A DNA stretch of 64,000 bases from Callorhinchus milii. Lineage: Eukaryota. Below the pieces are notes generated by a model, which had not been told where the DNA came from, searched no databases, and saw nothing but the letters and a program-made list of their open reading frames with translations. Where the stretch lies: assembly GCF_018977255.1 (NCBI RefSeq), contig NW_024704742.1:75704001-75768000 (forward strand), written 5' to 3'. The position numbers were made by a program, and so were the translations under genes. Positions 1 through 12,338 of the stretch are shown here, piece after piece (the stretch's first letter is position 1; each line of letters opens with the position of its first letter).

Positions 1-180
1 ATCTTGGTCCACATCATCATGTGGGGTCAACTTCCGCATTTATGCGGATGACACCCAACTCTTTCTCTCTGCCTCGACTGTTGATTCCAGGACCTCTGCT
101 TTCTTGGTAGATTGTCTGACAGGGATGTCCTTCCATTGTGAAAGGTGCTATATGAATGCAATTTGTTGTTGTTGTTATTG
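1..180 (+). mobile_element. L2 LINE fragment (RT YADD motif joined to 3' tail)
   Basis: TATGCGGATGACACCCAACTC = YADDTQL; tail GTGAAAGGTGCTATATGAATGC(TTG)n. Confidence 0.75.
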
Positions 181-927
181 CATGGTCAAAAAGTCTTGCA
201 GCGTTAGATAGGAATTACTGTAGTATCTAGCAACTATATTTTCTTGGTGAAGAAGTTAGCAGCAGACTATGATCTAGAGGCATCATTGGCATCTTTGTGG
301 GGTGCATTTCAGTCTATATAACCCTATATTGTGTGACTTCTGTGACATAAATCAGTTTTCTTGAACAGTATGCTTCTATGATAACATGATAACATAACAT
401 CCCATGTGGTTGCCATGTGGTTAACACAATTTCACCATCCCCCCTAGACTAACCCTGGTTCTGCTTGTGCTAGTCTGCTGCTGGAACCTAAAAAAGATGG
501 CAATACACTGGTTGCAAAATCCGAGTACTTTCCCATTTGTTCATTTTGAAACCTCCTCTATTACAACCGATCATACCCCATTTTTTAAAAAAAATACAAT
601 TTTATTTTGGTTAACTGGGTGTCTGACACATGCAGAAACCCATCATTGTTCGAAATTGAGAGTGCCATGCAACCTGCCTAGACATAGAAATTCCAGAGAT
701 ATTTATTGGAATGGAATGCGCACTCCATCCCAGAAACTCCTCACATCTTCCAGAATGTTGGAGTGTATTTCATGCTTGTTGTGATGCACATCTGGTTTCT
801 GGCTAGATTCAGAATTATCATTTGTAAATATCTCATTGTAGCCCTCTTGTCTGCTGATATGTGTTAGATAAGCTGTACTGTCATTTTTTCTGAACCTAAA
901 AATCAAAAAGCACCACATGAAAAATAA

Positions 928-1240
928 GTCAGCCTGGCTTAACTGGTAGCACTCAACACCTCTGGGTCAGAAGGTTGTGGGTTCAAGCACCACGATAGGC
1001 ACTTTAAACTCATAATTTAGGCTGACACTCCAGTGTCGTGCTGGAGGCACCTTGGGACATCCTCCTGACGTGAAAGGTACTATACAAATGTAATTTGTTG
1101 TTGGAGGAGGAGGAGCGCCGCATTATCAGAAGCACTGACTTTTGGATGAGACATTAAAGCAAGAACCAATCGTCCTGCCCAGGTGGGTATTTGAAGATCC
1201 CATGGCACTGTTCAAAAAGAGAGAAAGTTAGCTTAAGATA
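928..1240 (+). mobile_element. SacSINE1-like Deu-SINE fragment interrupted by an L2 tail
   Basis: GTCAGCCTGGCT...GGTAGCACTC...TCAGAAGGTTGTGGGTTCAAG...AGGCTGACACTCCAGTG...AAGATCCCATGGCACT, matching my recollection of dogfish SacSINE1. Confidence 0.7.
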
Positions 1241-2584
1241 TTTTTATAACTGGAAAATATTTTTCTGACAAGCATTGTAATAATAAACCTTGCATTTGAT
1301 AAAGGCCTATCAGGTGGTCAAAGTTTCAAAGTGCTTCATAGGATGTAATGTAAAGTGTAGAGACTTTACCTGACCTCCTTCAACTACACCGATCAGGTAT
1401 TTTCTCTTTGCTCAGTGAACACCAGGCTGTTTTGTGTCCCTCAACCTATCTACCACACCATCAGCAGGCAAGCTTTCAGCCAATCTGACCCCACTCTCTC
1501 AAATTCCATCCTGGATTCGCTCTGATTCATTCTCTCTCCCCCTCATTCAAGGTTTGTCCCAAAACGTACATCCCGAAATTTTGCTACTGTGCTTTGAGTA
1601 ATCTCTTTCCCCTCCCAACTGTTCCAGACTCCCGCACCAGCTTAGGATGCGGGAGCCTGAATCTAGCCAAGAATCTAATCTATCCAGCTTTATCAAACAC
1701 TTTAGAGTCGTCTTCCTGACACGAAAGGGGCTATATAAATGTAAATTGTTTTAGGTTTATTTGTAGGTAAACTGGCTTATGACAAGGAGAAAGGTGTAGA
1801 GTTAATTGTAGTTTATGTTGCTGACTAGAACTTGATCAGGTCAGCCTACATGTGGAATGTATAACAAGAAGTATGTTAATTTTGATCTCTTTAGTGTTTG
1901 GATACATAACTCACCAAGTACAAGCATCTATAATGCATGCAATTGTGAAAAAGTATTATTTCCCTGTATTTTTCAAAGTGCTAAAGCAGAAGGATATGAC
2001 ATGGGGAAGTCATTTTAGTACAAAGTAATTCCCCTTTTACGTTTGAGCAGTATGCAATTTATCATAAGCTGCTGTTATGTAGTGACTCGACTTATGGATG
2101 GGCAGTCAATGGTTAAAAGTGTGACTGCTCCAATGACTAATAAGGTGCTCGGTGACCTGTTCCAGACTGAGTGCAAATAAGAGCATTAGTAAAATGCTGA
2201 GTGGCCTTGAGGGTGAGTCAGAACTTTTGCTAACATTAAGGAGAATTTTCAGATGATGTTCCTGGGCCACAGAGAAAGAGGAACTACAGGCCTCTGAACT
2301 GAATGTGCGATATATCTCCAGAATGCCTTTCCTACCTCCTACTGACCTGACAGTGCCTTTGTTTTTTGTCAGGTGGTCTGGCTGACTTTTTTATTGTCCA
2401 GATGAAATCCCTTTTATTGAGCCAGTTTTATTTTGCTTCGTACATCAATAGAAACAAACAATCAAAAAGTGAGAGAACGATTGCCAAATCTCTTTGTGGA
2501 GGCCATAAAACACACTTTGAAAGTGGGCATCATGAATCCCCTGTGCAAACTAACCAGAATGTTCATTAACAAATCATATCTTGT

Positions 2585-2885
2585 GGTGTTCTGTAGCTCA
2601 GTGGTTAGAGCAGTTGCCTCGCAAGCGAGAGACCTGGGAAGGCGAAACCTTGGGCAAGTTTCCTTACTCCACATGCCTGATCTACTAATCCTTCAAGAAA
2701 AAAATAATATATTGGCCACTTCAATCCATGACTGTTTGTGGAACACTGCTGTGTGCAATTGACTGCCGTGTTTTGCCCACAAATATACAGTCAATTCACT
2801 TTACAGTATATTCTGTGAAGCACTTTGAGATGACTCAAAGAGGTGAAAAGCGCTATATTAAATGCAAGGATTAGTATTATTATTA
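2585..2885 (+). mobile_element. tRNA-headed Deu-type SINE (moderately diverged)
   Basis: A-box TAGCTCAGTGG head, TGTGGAACACTGCTGTGTGCAATTG core, L2-like tail ending (TTA)n. Confidence 0.85.
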
Positions 2886-2964
2886 TCTTCCCCACTGAAT
2901 CTTATTGTACAGATATGGCACAGTATGTATTCCACGAGTTAAAGCTAAATGATCATCAGGAACC

Positions 2965-3306
2965 TAATAATAATAATCCTTGTATTTGATATAGCATCTT
3001 ACCATGTTGTTAGAATATATTGTAAAGTTAATTAACTATATATTTTGTGGGCAAAATGCAGCAGCCAATTGCACACAGCAGTGTCCCACAAACAGTCGTG
3101 CATTGATTGAATTTATTATTATTATTTTGATTATTACCCCCAGAAAGTGATCTGCCAATTGACTAATGACCAGGTTCCTCCTTACTGCTAGGAAAACAAA
3201 GGTGTGTGGAGTAAGGAAACTTGCCTAAGGTTTTGCCCCACCTGGTAATCGATCCCGGAACCTATCACTTGCAAGGCGAGCGCTCTAACCAATACACTAC
3301 AGGACT
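2965..3306 (-). mobile_element. Older, long-form copy of the same SINE family
   Basis: Reverse complement of head, extra central segment and tail. Confidence 0.75.
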
Positions 3307-3755
3307 GTTGAGTCCGATATCGCACTTTCAGTTCAGAGGCCTGCGGTTCCTCTTTTTCTGTGGTCCAGGGATGTTGTCTGACTTTTTTTGGCAAAAGTCC
3401 TGTGATGGCTCAACGATGTGATAAGGTGCTTGATATAGCGTCTTATCACATTGTTTAACTGTCTCAAAGCTCTTTACAGGATATATTGTGGCGTGGAATG
3501 ACTATGTGTTTTGTGGGTGCAAATCACTGGTGTTATATTGCTCAATAAGAACCCAAATCTCTTTGCTTCTGGGACAGTGGTTCATGGAGTTTTCATCTCC
3601 TTCACCTCAGTCAGTTAGAAATACATCAAAGTCCTACACTTACCCCCAGTGCTCTTTGTAGAGCCCATAAAATGTGGGAATCGATCCTGGTTGCGAGGCG
3701 AGGGCTCTAACCAATATGCTATAGGACTATGGAGTCTGATATATTACACTTTATA

Positions 3756-4056
3756 TAATAATAATAATAATCCTTGGATTTGATATAGCACTTTTCACGT
3801 CAGGAGGATGTCCCAAAGCACTTCACAGAACACACTGTAAAGTCAATTGACTGTATATTTGTGGGCGAACGCGGCAGCCAATTGCGCACAGCAATGTCCC
3901 ACAAACAGTCGTAGATTGAAAATGATCAATTTATTATTGTTTTTGGTTTTGGAGGGATTATTATTAGGCGTGTGGAGTAAAGAAACTTGCCCAAGGTTTC
4001 GCCCTGTGCCTGGAATTGAACTCAGGTCTCTCGCTTGCAAAGCGAGTGCTCTAACT
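3756..4056 (-). mobile_element. Young SINE, short form, slightly 5'-truncated
   Basis: Near-identical to the copies at 15655, 25365 and 32993. Confidence 0.9.
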
Positions 4057-5689
4057 ACTTCCAGTTTAGCAGTCTCTTTTTCTGTGGTCCAGGGATGTTG
4101 TCTGAACTTTTGTTGGCAAAAGTCCTGTGAAGGCTCAATGATGTGATAAAGCGCTTGATATAGTGTCTTATCACATTGTTTAGCTGTCCCGAAGCTCTTT
4201 ACAGGATATATTGTAGAATGGAATGACTATGTTTTTTGTGGGTGCAAACACTAGTGATTTGCGAGGCGAGTGCTCTAACTAATAGGCTATAGGACTATGG
4301 AGTCTGATATCACACTTTCAATTTAGCAGTCTCTTTTTCTGTGGCCCAGGGGCTTAAAAAAAATTGAAATAATAATTTGATCACACCATCCACTGCTGTT
4401 TGTGGGACACCGCTGTGTGCAATTGGCTGCCACGTTTCGCCCATAAAATATACAGTCAATTCACTCTACAATATATTCTATGAAGCACTTTGAGACGTCT
4501 CGAAGAAATGCAAGGATTATTATTATTTATGCTGTCTCCAGCTGCTCATCCTTCTTCTCATTTCTTCACGAGAAGAAACCATGCAGTTTGCTGTCCCCTA
4601 ATTCTGGGAAGACATACAATCATAAAACATAGAAATTTACAACACAGAAGGAGACCATTCAGCCATTGATTTTGCACCAGCTCTTAGAGCAAGGTGTTCA
4701 TTCAACACTGCCTACCTTATCCCCTACCCCTTCAAGCCTCCATCTTTCATACATCTGTCCTCTTGAAATGAGTAATGTGGGTTCATTTGAAAATGTTGCT
4801 GTTGACACTATCATGCCCTGTTGATCCTACCTTTGCATTCTCCTTTGGCAAATGGACATCTTGTCTCACCAGTCGGCAGGACAATCTGGTGTCACTGTTA
4901 ACATTGTACCAATCTGTCACTTGTATCCACTCCCTCTTCCGGGCAATGTTGCCAGTGAGGCCCAGTGGACAATGACTGAACTCCATTCCAGCCTCAGCTC
5001 CAGGAGCTCAGCCTTGGCTGCCTTCTGTAGTGTGCTCCTGATGATGCTCTCACTGACTTGTTTGGACCTCTGTTTCCTGTTTATATATGGCCGACTTGCC
5101 CAGATGGCAATCTCTGTGCTTGTCAAAGCATTTCCCAGACCATCATTCTGAAAACAGCCTGTGACTGTCCACAGTGCCGCTGTGAGATTTAACCAGGTTG
5201 CCAGGAAAGGTGGTTGAAGCCAGAGCACCCTCACTCATTTAAAAAGCAGCTTGAGGTTGTAATGGGGTGGATGATATTCTGGAAGAATGAAATCGAATGG
5301 GCCGAAGGGCATTCTTCATCCAAACCAGAGGCATTTGGGGTTTTACCATTTCCAGTTCCTCTCCGGACACATGAAAGGAGGCCTTTGCATTTCTTTTATC
5401 TTTCAGAATTAAAAATTAATTCAGCTGTACCCCAATCACCATAATATCTCTTCTTCCAAACTTTTGATAAATATTTTAAACTTTGTGTCTGAACAATTTG
5501 AGAACTGACAACAATTGGAGAGATTAGAGAAGATGGGATTGCTCTCCTTAGAGCAGAGCGGAGAGAGCAGACAGCTTGATGGGGGGTGGGGGTTGAAGTA
5601 TGAAGTACTTCTTGTATCTTCCCCCCACCCAAGTACGAAAAGGTTCTACATTTTTTGTGTCAGAAAGATTGAAAATATCCACTTGGCTA

Positions 5690-6815
5690 CATCTTCCTCC
5701 CCTATGTCCCCTTCTGCACCACCCACCCCCAGACTGTCTACACTATCCCCTCCTTCCGTCACAGCCCCTACAACTCCCCACTCCCTACACCCCTTTGCCC
5801 CAATTACAACCCACTCCCTCTCAACCACCATCTCCCAGATGAAGCTCTCCACCTGATGCCTCGACCCCCTCCCCAGCCAGCTGCTGGTCAGCCATTTCTC
5901 TTCTCCCCACTGCTGGCCAACAACGTCAACCAGTCGCTCTCCTTAGGTTCTTTTCCTCCAGGTCTCTAGGTCCGCCAATGCTCTGTCGGCTTGTCTGATA
6001 GACATCAGGGCCTGGATGAGTGCAAACTTCTTACAGCTAAAAGTTGACAAGACGGAAGCCATACTCCTTGGCTCCCATCAACATCCTCTGTCCTGCAGCT
6101 CTGACCTCCTCAACCTCCCCGGCCTATCACTTAGACTCAACAAACTGGTGCGCAAGCTAGGTGTCAACTTCGACCCACAGCTGTTCTTCCTTCCCCACAT
6201 CTGGTTCCTGACCAGGACCACCTTCCTCCATCTCTGCCACATTGCCCGCCTCCAACCGTACCTTACCCCAGACACAGTCAAAATACTCGTTCATGCATTT
6301 GTCACATTCCAACTCAACTCAAATGCCCTCCCCATCTTTGCTGGTCTCCCCATCTCCACCATGCACAGGATCCAGCTAATCCAAAACTCTGCCGCCTGCA
6401 TACTTACCTGCACTAAACTCTGTACTCTCATCACACCAGTTCTAGCCAGGCTCCACTGATCCCTATCACCGAACAGATCAATTTCAAGATCCTCACACTT
6501 GTCTTCAAATCCTTTCATGCCCTGGCACCTCCCTACCTCTCCAACCTGCTTACACCCCAACCCACAATCCGCTGCCTCCGCTCGACTGGCTCCGACCTTC
6601 TGCATACCCCTTGTGCCCTCCGTTCCACCAACGGTGGCTGAGCTTTCTTCCTTTCTCGCAGCATTGCCCCTTCCTTGCTCATCTTCAGGTCGCGCCTGAA
6701 GACCTTCTTCCACCGTGCCTTCGGTCACCTCCCCCCGGCTCAGCATCAGGCATCACTGTCAAACGCTCTAGGACGCTACACTGCGTGAGGGGTGCTATAT
6801 AAATGCACAAGTTGT
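5690..6815 (+). mobile_element. L2-clade LINE, degenerate ORF2 3' part
   Basis: ORF 6016..6459 MSANFLQLKVDKTEAIL...IQLIQNSAACILT...LARLH, typical of the L2 RT C-terminus; L2 tail. Confidence 0.88.
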
Positions 6816-8239
6816 TGGCGTTTATTAACTGGAATTTCAACCCCAAAACTGTCACAGTAAAATACAAATGCTTGTTTATCTCATGTAATTAGTTCAGTAA
6901 CCAAACAGTCAGTTACATAAAAGAACCATTCTTTCAGTACATTAATCAGACTCTCACAGACTGCAACCACACCAATTGTACATTGCAGAAGCCTTTCAAC
7001 TGAGCTCAAAATAGTCCTAAAGGGGAAGTGTGTGAGTGTCTGATAGATTTGTATGCTGTGCGTCTATTTCTGCTAGCACAGTTCTAGCAAATTGTTTATT
7101 TTTTTATATTAGAAAATGTAGTCGACTTAAAATCGTTAATGTGACAAAAAAAATTATACCATCTTCCTCTACAAAACAGAACCCTATCCTTTCCTAAGAG
7201 AATTTATGTGTATGATTTTAGTGTTCACTAGGCACGTGGAGTGTACATGTCAGATGTCTTTCAGTTCACTCCAGAGACTTGGAATTCTACCCAGACCTAC
7301 TTAACATGTGAGGCTATTTTGTCTTAAAACTTAAGATCTTGGAAAATTCTTGAATTTGGAAGCCCGTATTTTTAAACACTGCTGAAAGTCAACTTTATAA
7401 ATAAAGACATTTCTACAATTCTGAACCACCTAACTTTTGGGACAGAATGATCTTCCTTCTGCTTTGCCCCTTCCTTCCTCATCTTCATATTATGCCTGAA
7501 GACCTTCCTATTCGACCATGCCTATGGTCACATCTCCCTCAAGGGCTCTGGGATGCTACCCTGCATGAAGGGCACTAAATACAGTTTGTTGTTGTCTTAT
7601 GGGGGAAGGCTAGAGAGAATTTGGGGCTTTCAAGATATTTGGCTGTTAAATGGAAGTTCTTTTATGGGACTGAAGTTTTAAAATGATCTGAAAATTTAGA
7701 TCTTAAAAAAACCTCATAATTAACAATCGGCAGTATTAACTGGAAGACTTTAATCATACCGAGAAATTTCAGAAGATTTCAAAATTGTTTTCACTGAAGC
7801 AGAGAAGGTTAAGGGGGATTTCACAAAGGTTTTCAAAATTATGAATAATAATATTTATTGCACTTAATAATTCTTGTGTTTGATGCAAGGCATTATCATG
7901 GTATCAAGATGTCTCAAAGCGCTTCAAAGAGTTTATTGTGTATTTTGTTGGTAAACTCAGCAACCAATTTGCACACACAATGTCCAACAAACCACCGTGA
8001 AGTAAATGCCGAATTTTGATCTGGGGATTGTTGGCCAGGAAACCAGGAGAAACTCCCTCTCCTTTTCAAATAGTGCCATGGGATCTTTAATGTCCACCTG
8101 AACACTTGTTCCTGGTTTAACATCTCATTCAAAGGAGGGCACCTCCAGCAATGCAGTGCGCACCCAGGACATCCATAAAACAAAGGAACATCCATTAACT
8201 GCACTCCCAGCACTGGAGTTGGGACTTCTATGACCGATC

Positions 8240-8755
8240 AATTTGATCTGCAGCCCGTGTCCTCTCCCACACCAGGCTCCCCGAACCTATCATCTCTATC
8301 CTTGCCCGGCTCCACTGGCCCCCCATTGCTCAGAGGATACAGTTCCAAATCCTGGCCCTCAGCTTCCAAGCCCTCTGTGGCCTTGCTCCTCGCTATCTCC
8401 TAACCCCCTACCAACCTGTCCCCGCCCTCCGCTCAGCAGGCTCTGGCCTGCTTCACATCCCCTGCCTTTGTGCGCCCCACCATTGGCGGGCAGGCTCCAG
8501 CCTCTCTGCCCCACCTTCAGGAACGCCGTCACACAGTTTCTCTGCCTCATCCCCTCCCCTGCCTCCTTCAAGACCCATCTCAAGATCTTCCTATTCGACC
8601 GTGCCTTTGCACACCTTCTTACCCCTATCCTCCCCACACTCCACCCCTCCTGATCCCACACACCAGTTCCGGTGCGGATCCCTGACTGTTCAGTGCCTTG
8701 GGATTTCCGCCTGATGTGTAAGGTACAATACAAATGTAAGTTGTTGTTATTTTTG
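8240..8755 (+). mobile_element. L2 LINE 3' fragment
   Basis: C-rich L2 3' region, FKTHLKIFLF, stem-loop tail and (TTG)n. Confidence 0.82.
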
Positions 8756-9389
8756 TTGTGCTGCACGTAACTAATATTTCCTAGAAAACAAGTGGCATAA
8801 CATGATAGCATTCCTACATAAATACAGTATAAAATACTATACATAAATACAAGTCAGCCACAGATCTTGGACCTGGGTATTACTCTGAACAGTCAAAAGT
8901 ACGACTTTTGTAACCTTTTAAATAAATCTTATGTTCAGAGTAGCACTACATATAATCGACTTTTACCCTGAAAAATTGGTCACCTTTCAACAACAACAAA
9001 TTATATTTGTATAGTGCCTTTCACGTTGGGAAGACATCCCAAGGCGCTGGACAGTTCGGGATTTTGACCTAGGTTGGGGCTTGGGATCAGGAGGGGTGGC
9101 GGGAAGGGAGGAGGATGTGAGCCCTTTCAATACGCATCACAGTATTTGTGCAATTCCTGTTAGCAACACTGTTTTTGCATATTTGCTCTATTACAGTTTT
9201 CAAGGAAAGTATTATTAGAGCTTTTACCTTAATCTCCAACTGGGGACACAAAGAAATACCGTCTTTCCACCTTGAATACACTATCTGGAGCAGAGATCGA
9301 TCTCTGTCTCCCCCTTTGCTGCTCTTTCTCTCTTTTTACTGGTTGTGAGTGACCAAACTGAAATAATTTTAAACAGTTTCCTCTGCTTA

Positions 9390-9732
9390 CAAACCTGGAT
9401 TTGATTCCCAGCAGGGCAAAACATTGCAAGTTTCCTTACTCCACACGCCTCTGTTTACCTAGCAGTAAGTAGGAACCCTGGTTGTCAGTCGATTGGTGGA
9501 TGGATTTTCCAGGGGTAATAATTGCCTTCAAAAAAATTAAAAATAATAATACTAAATTGGTCAATCAATCCACAACTGTTTGTGGGAAACTGCTGTGTGC
9601 AATTGACTGGCTTGTTTCTTCCACAAAATATGCAATCAATTTCCTTTACAGTGTATTCTGTGAAGTGTTTTGAAACGTCTCGAAGACATGAAAAGCCACT
9701 ACATCAAATGCAAGAATTATTATTATTATTAT
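9390..9732 (+). mobile_element. Long-form SINE, older
   Basis: Contains CTCTGTTTACCTAGCAGTAAGTAGGAACC segment plus Deu core and tail. Confidence 0.8.
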
Positions 9733-12215
9733 GATTAGGTAAGCAGGATGCATCCCTCCAGGGAGAGAGTGCGCATTCCAACAATCTATCTCTGGAATTT
9801 CAATGTTTAGACGGGATGCATGGAAATCTCGGTTTGGTTTGGGATGTCCTCCCAACGTGAAAAGGCGCTAAACAAATGTAACTTTGTTGTTGTTGGTTTG
9901 GATACTATTAAGCATGGTGATGGGTTTCCAAATGTGTCAGACACCCAGCTGAGGAAAAAAAATGGTATGCATTGTGCTGTGGTAAAGTATCCTTTCACTT
10001 CAGGGACTTGGGTCCAAAGTCAACCTTGACTCAGGGGATAATGGTGACGCACCAGCCATCGTAACAACAAGTACAGCCACCCAATTCAGATACACCACAG
10101 ATTAGAATCAAAGTATTCCTTATTCTAAATGGGACTAAATGGATAGCTCTTTCAGAATGCTAGCACAGGTACGACAGGCCAAATGGTCTCCTTCTTTGCT
10201 GTACATTTCAATGGTCCCCACAACACTTATTGAAGAAAATGCACAAATTTACTGCACAATCTACATTCCCCCCCCTACCATCCCCACCCTCCTCCATGTC
10301 ATAATATGTATTCAACATTTGAATGAACTTCCTCTTTCTGGAGCGGATTTACAGTTAAACGCTTAGTATTGATCTGGGACTGAGGTAGTTCTGCTTGTCG
10401 GGGATTTTGTCCATTTGACGTTAGTTCATCTCCTGAATTTTAACGGATCCTCACCGGGCACCAAAGAAACAAAGCTTTACAACAGGTTTGGAACAAGCTT
10501 TTCAAATGATGAGCATAGCTACTTTCTTGCACCAGTTTTGATCCTGTTCAAAGTCCTGTCTTACTGGAGAGGACTTCTGTCCTACAGAGCTTCTCACGGA
10601 GATATCTGTCTTCCTGCTTAATCTTTTTGATCTTTCTTAACGTCCAATTGCTCGTCTGATGGTGAGAACCTTTGTAAATCAATTCGTTGGCTGTTATCTC
10701 TCAGCCTCGGTGTGCATTTAATCTATTTTAGGCTGTGCTCGACTTTTCTTCTTGATGTTCTTCAATTGAAATTCAGGGGGATTTTGGTGAGGTAAACTTT
10801 CCGTGTGCCACAGCAGTGCTTTTGAAACAGAATTCTTTTCCTTTGGACCCTGTCGGAGCCCAACCCTGGCTGTTCACTTGGCATTTAACTAGATGGAGAG
10901 TAAAGCTCTCCCAAGGTTTTTCCCAGAAGTTTTGTTCCTATGGAAGAGCACCAGCTAGTATGGTGCCTCTGCCCCCACAACAATATCCTTGTAGCTTGTC
11001 TGTTAGATTGCAAGTTTAGGCTGAATTATGAGTAGTTTTGTACTGTTGATCCATGCTACTAGGAACTGTGTTGAGGGCCCTTAAATGGGGACAATGGGCA
11101 CAAAAATAGTCCTTTATTCCACAATGCAGGACTGACATTGAACCAAATTCTGGAAGAGAAAGGAGAGCATATCAAACCAGAATAGCTACCAATAAGTTTA
11201 ATTCAGCATATGATCCCAGGCCGGTAAAACAATGGGCAGATATACCTGTGTTGGTAAGGTTTTTAAGTCCTCCTGATGTGAAAGGTATTATACCAAGTTT
11301 AAGGATTACATTATTATCATCATAAGTAAAGGCCAAAGAATTATGTCTGCGTTACTAATCCCTAATATCTCTTATTGTTTCAATAATACCACATATCGGC
11401 AGGTCTGTTACTCTTAGAATTCATTCAGGTGGTTGGGTTTGAAATTTGTACATGATTTCAGAACGCTGGCTTGTAGCCAGCTGTATTTTAATCATTTGTC
11501 CTCTGTAACAATGAAGCTCTCAGTCATCAACCTAGTCCGATAAGGTTTGGTTGTACAGGTGTTTCAGTGAAACCAAAGCAATCCGTAGTTTTTGTGCATG
11601 AGAAATGGTGAATCATTTGTGAATGTTGTCTGATTGCAACCTTATCACCTCCGTTCCCATTACAGTACATCCTGTGTTCATATTGCACAGGCGTTAAGAT
11701 TACCGAACACAGCATTGGCATGGCTAAGAAGAAACCTCAATGAGCATTGCATTTCAGGAAAAAGACTGATTTCTGTATTGCTATTACCAAAGGGTTGCCA
11801 TTAATAACAATAATAATAATAACAATAATAATCCTGACATTTGGTATAGCATTTTTTACAGTTCTGTGAGTTGGTGTGAGATGCAATATAATGACACATG
11901 GGATCTCTACACAAAAATGTCACAAGAACCTTTTTTCTGGCAATGAGACTTCAATAACATCATGGCCTTCCCGAGGAGCATGATAACAGCCCCAGAACTG
12001 TACAGAACTCACACCAAAAATAGCTTCAGAATCGAGGCTATGCAAAAGAATTTGCCAAATTCTGGTCACTGAAAGGCTAGGAAGATAAATCAATACCCAG
12101 ATGGGATTCCCAGTGTCTTACTGGAACTAAGCAGTGTCCATGCTTGTTTGGCTTTGATGATGATTGCATCGCAGGCTTTGTAACCTATTGCTATACTGGT
12201 TGTTTTCTTTGCTAG

Positions 12216-12338
12216 CTGGTTTCACTTCACACTCTCCCGTCACGCTGCCGAGGCCCTTCTACTCTCCAATGGACTAGATGGGAGTTATCTTCTACGAAAA
12301 AGTCACGATGGTCCAAATTTATATGCTTTGTCTGTAAG
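12216..12338 (+). CDS. DAPP1: DAPP1 exon 2 (SH2 N-half)
   Basis: tag|C TGG TTT CAC...GTA AG|gtatgt; encodes WFHFTLSRHAAEALLLSNGLDGSYLLRKSHDGPNLYALSVR; 123 nt. Confidence 0.95.

Noticed and set aside
10380..10800. Coding-looking unique sequence on the minus strand
   Set aside because: Stops in all three frames and no recognisable motif; cannot support a call
11232..11258. ATGGGCAGA...G|GTAAG as DAPP1 exon 1 (MGR start)
   Set aside because: Donor is phase 1 but exon 2 needs phase 2, and the peptide does not resemble DAPP1; exon 1 probably lies upstream of the window
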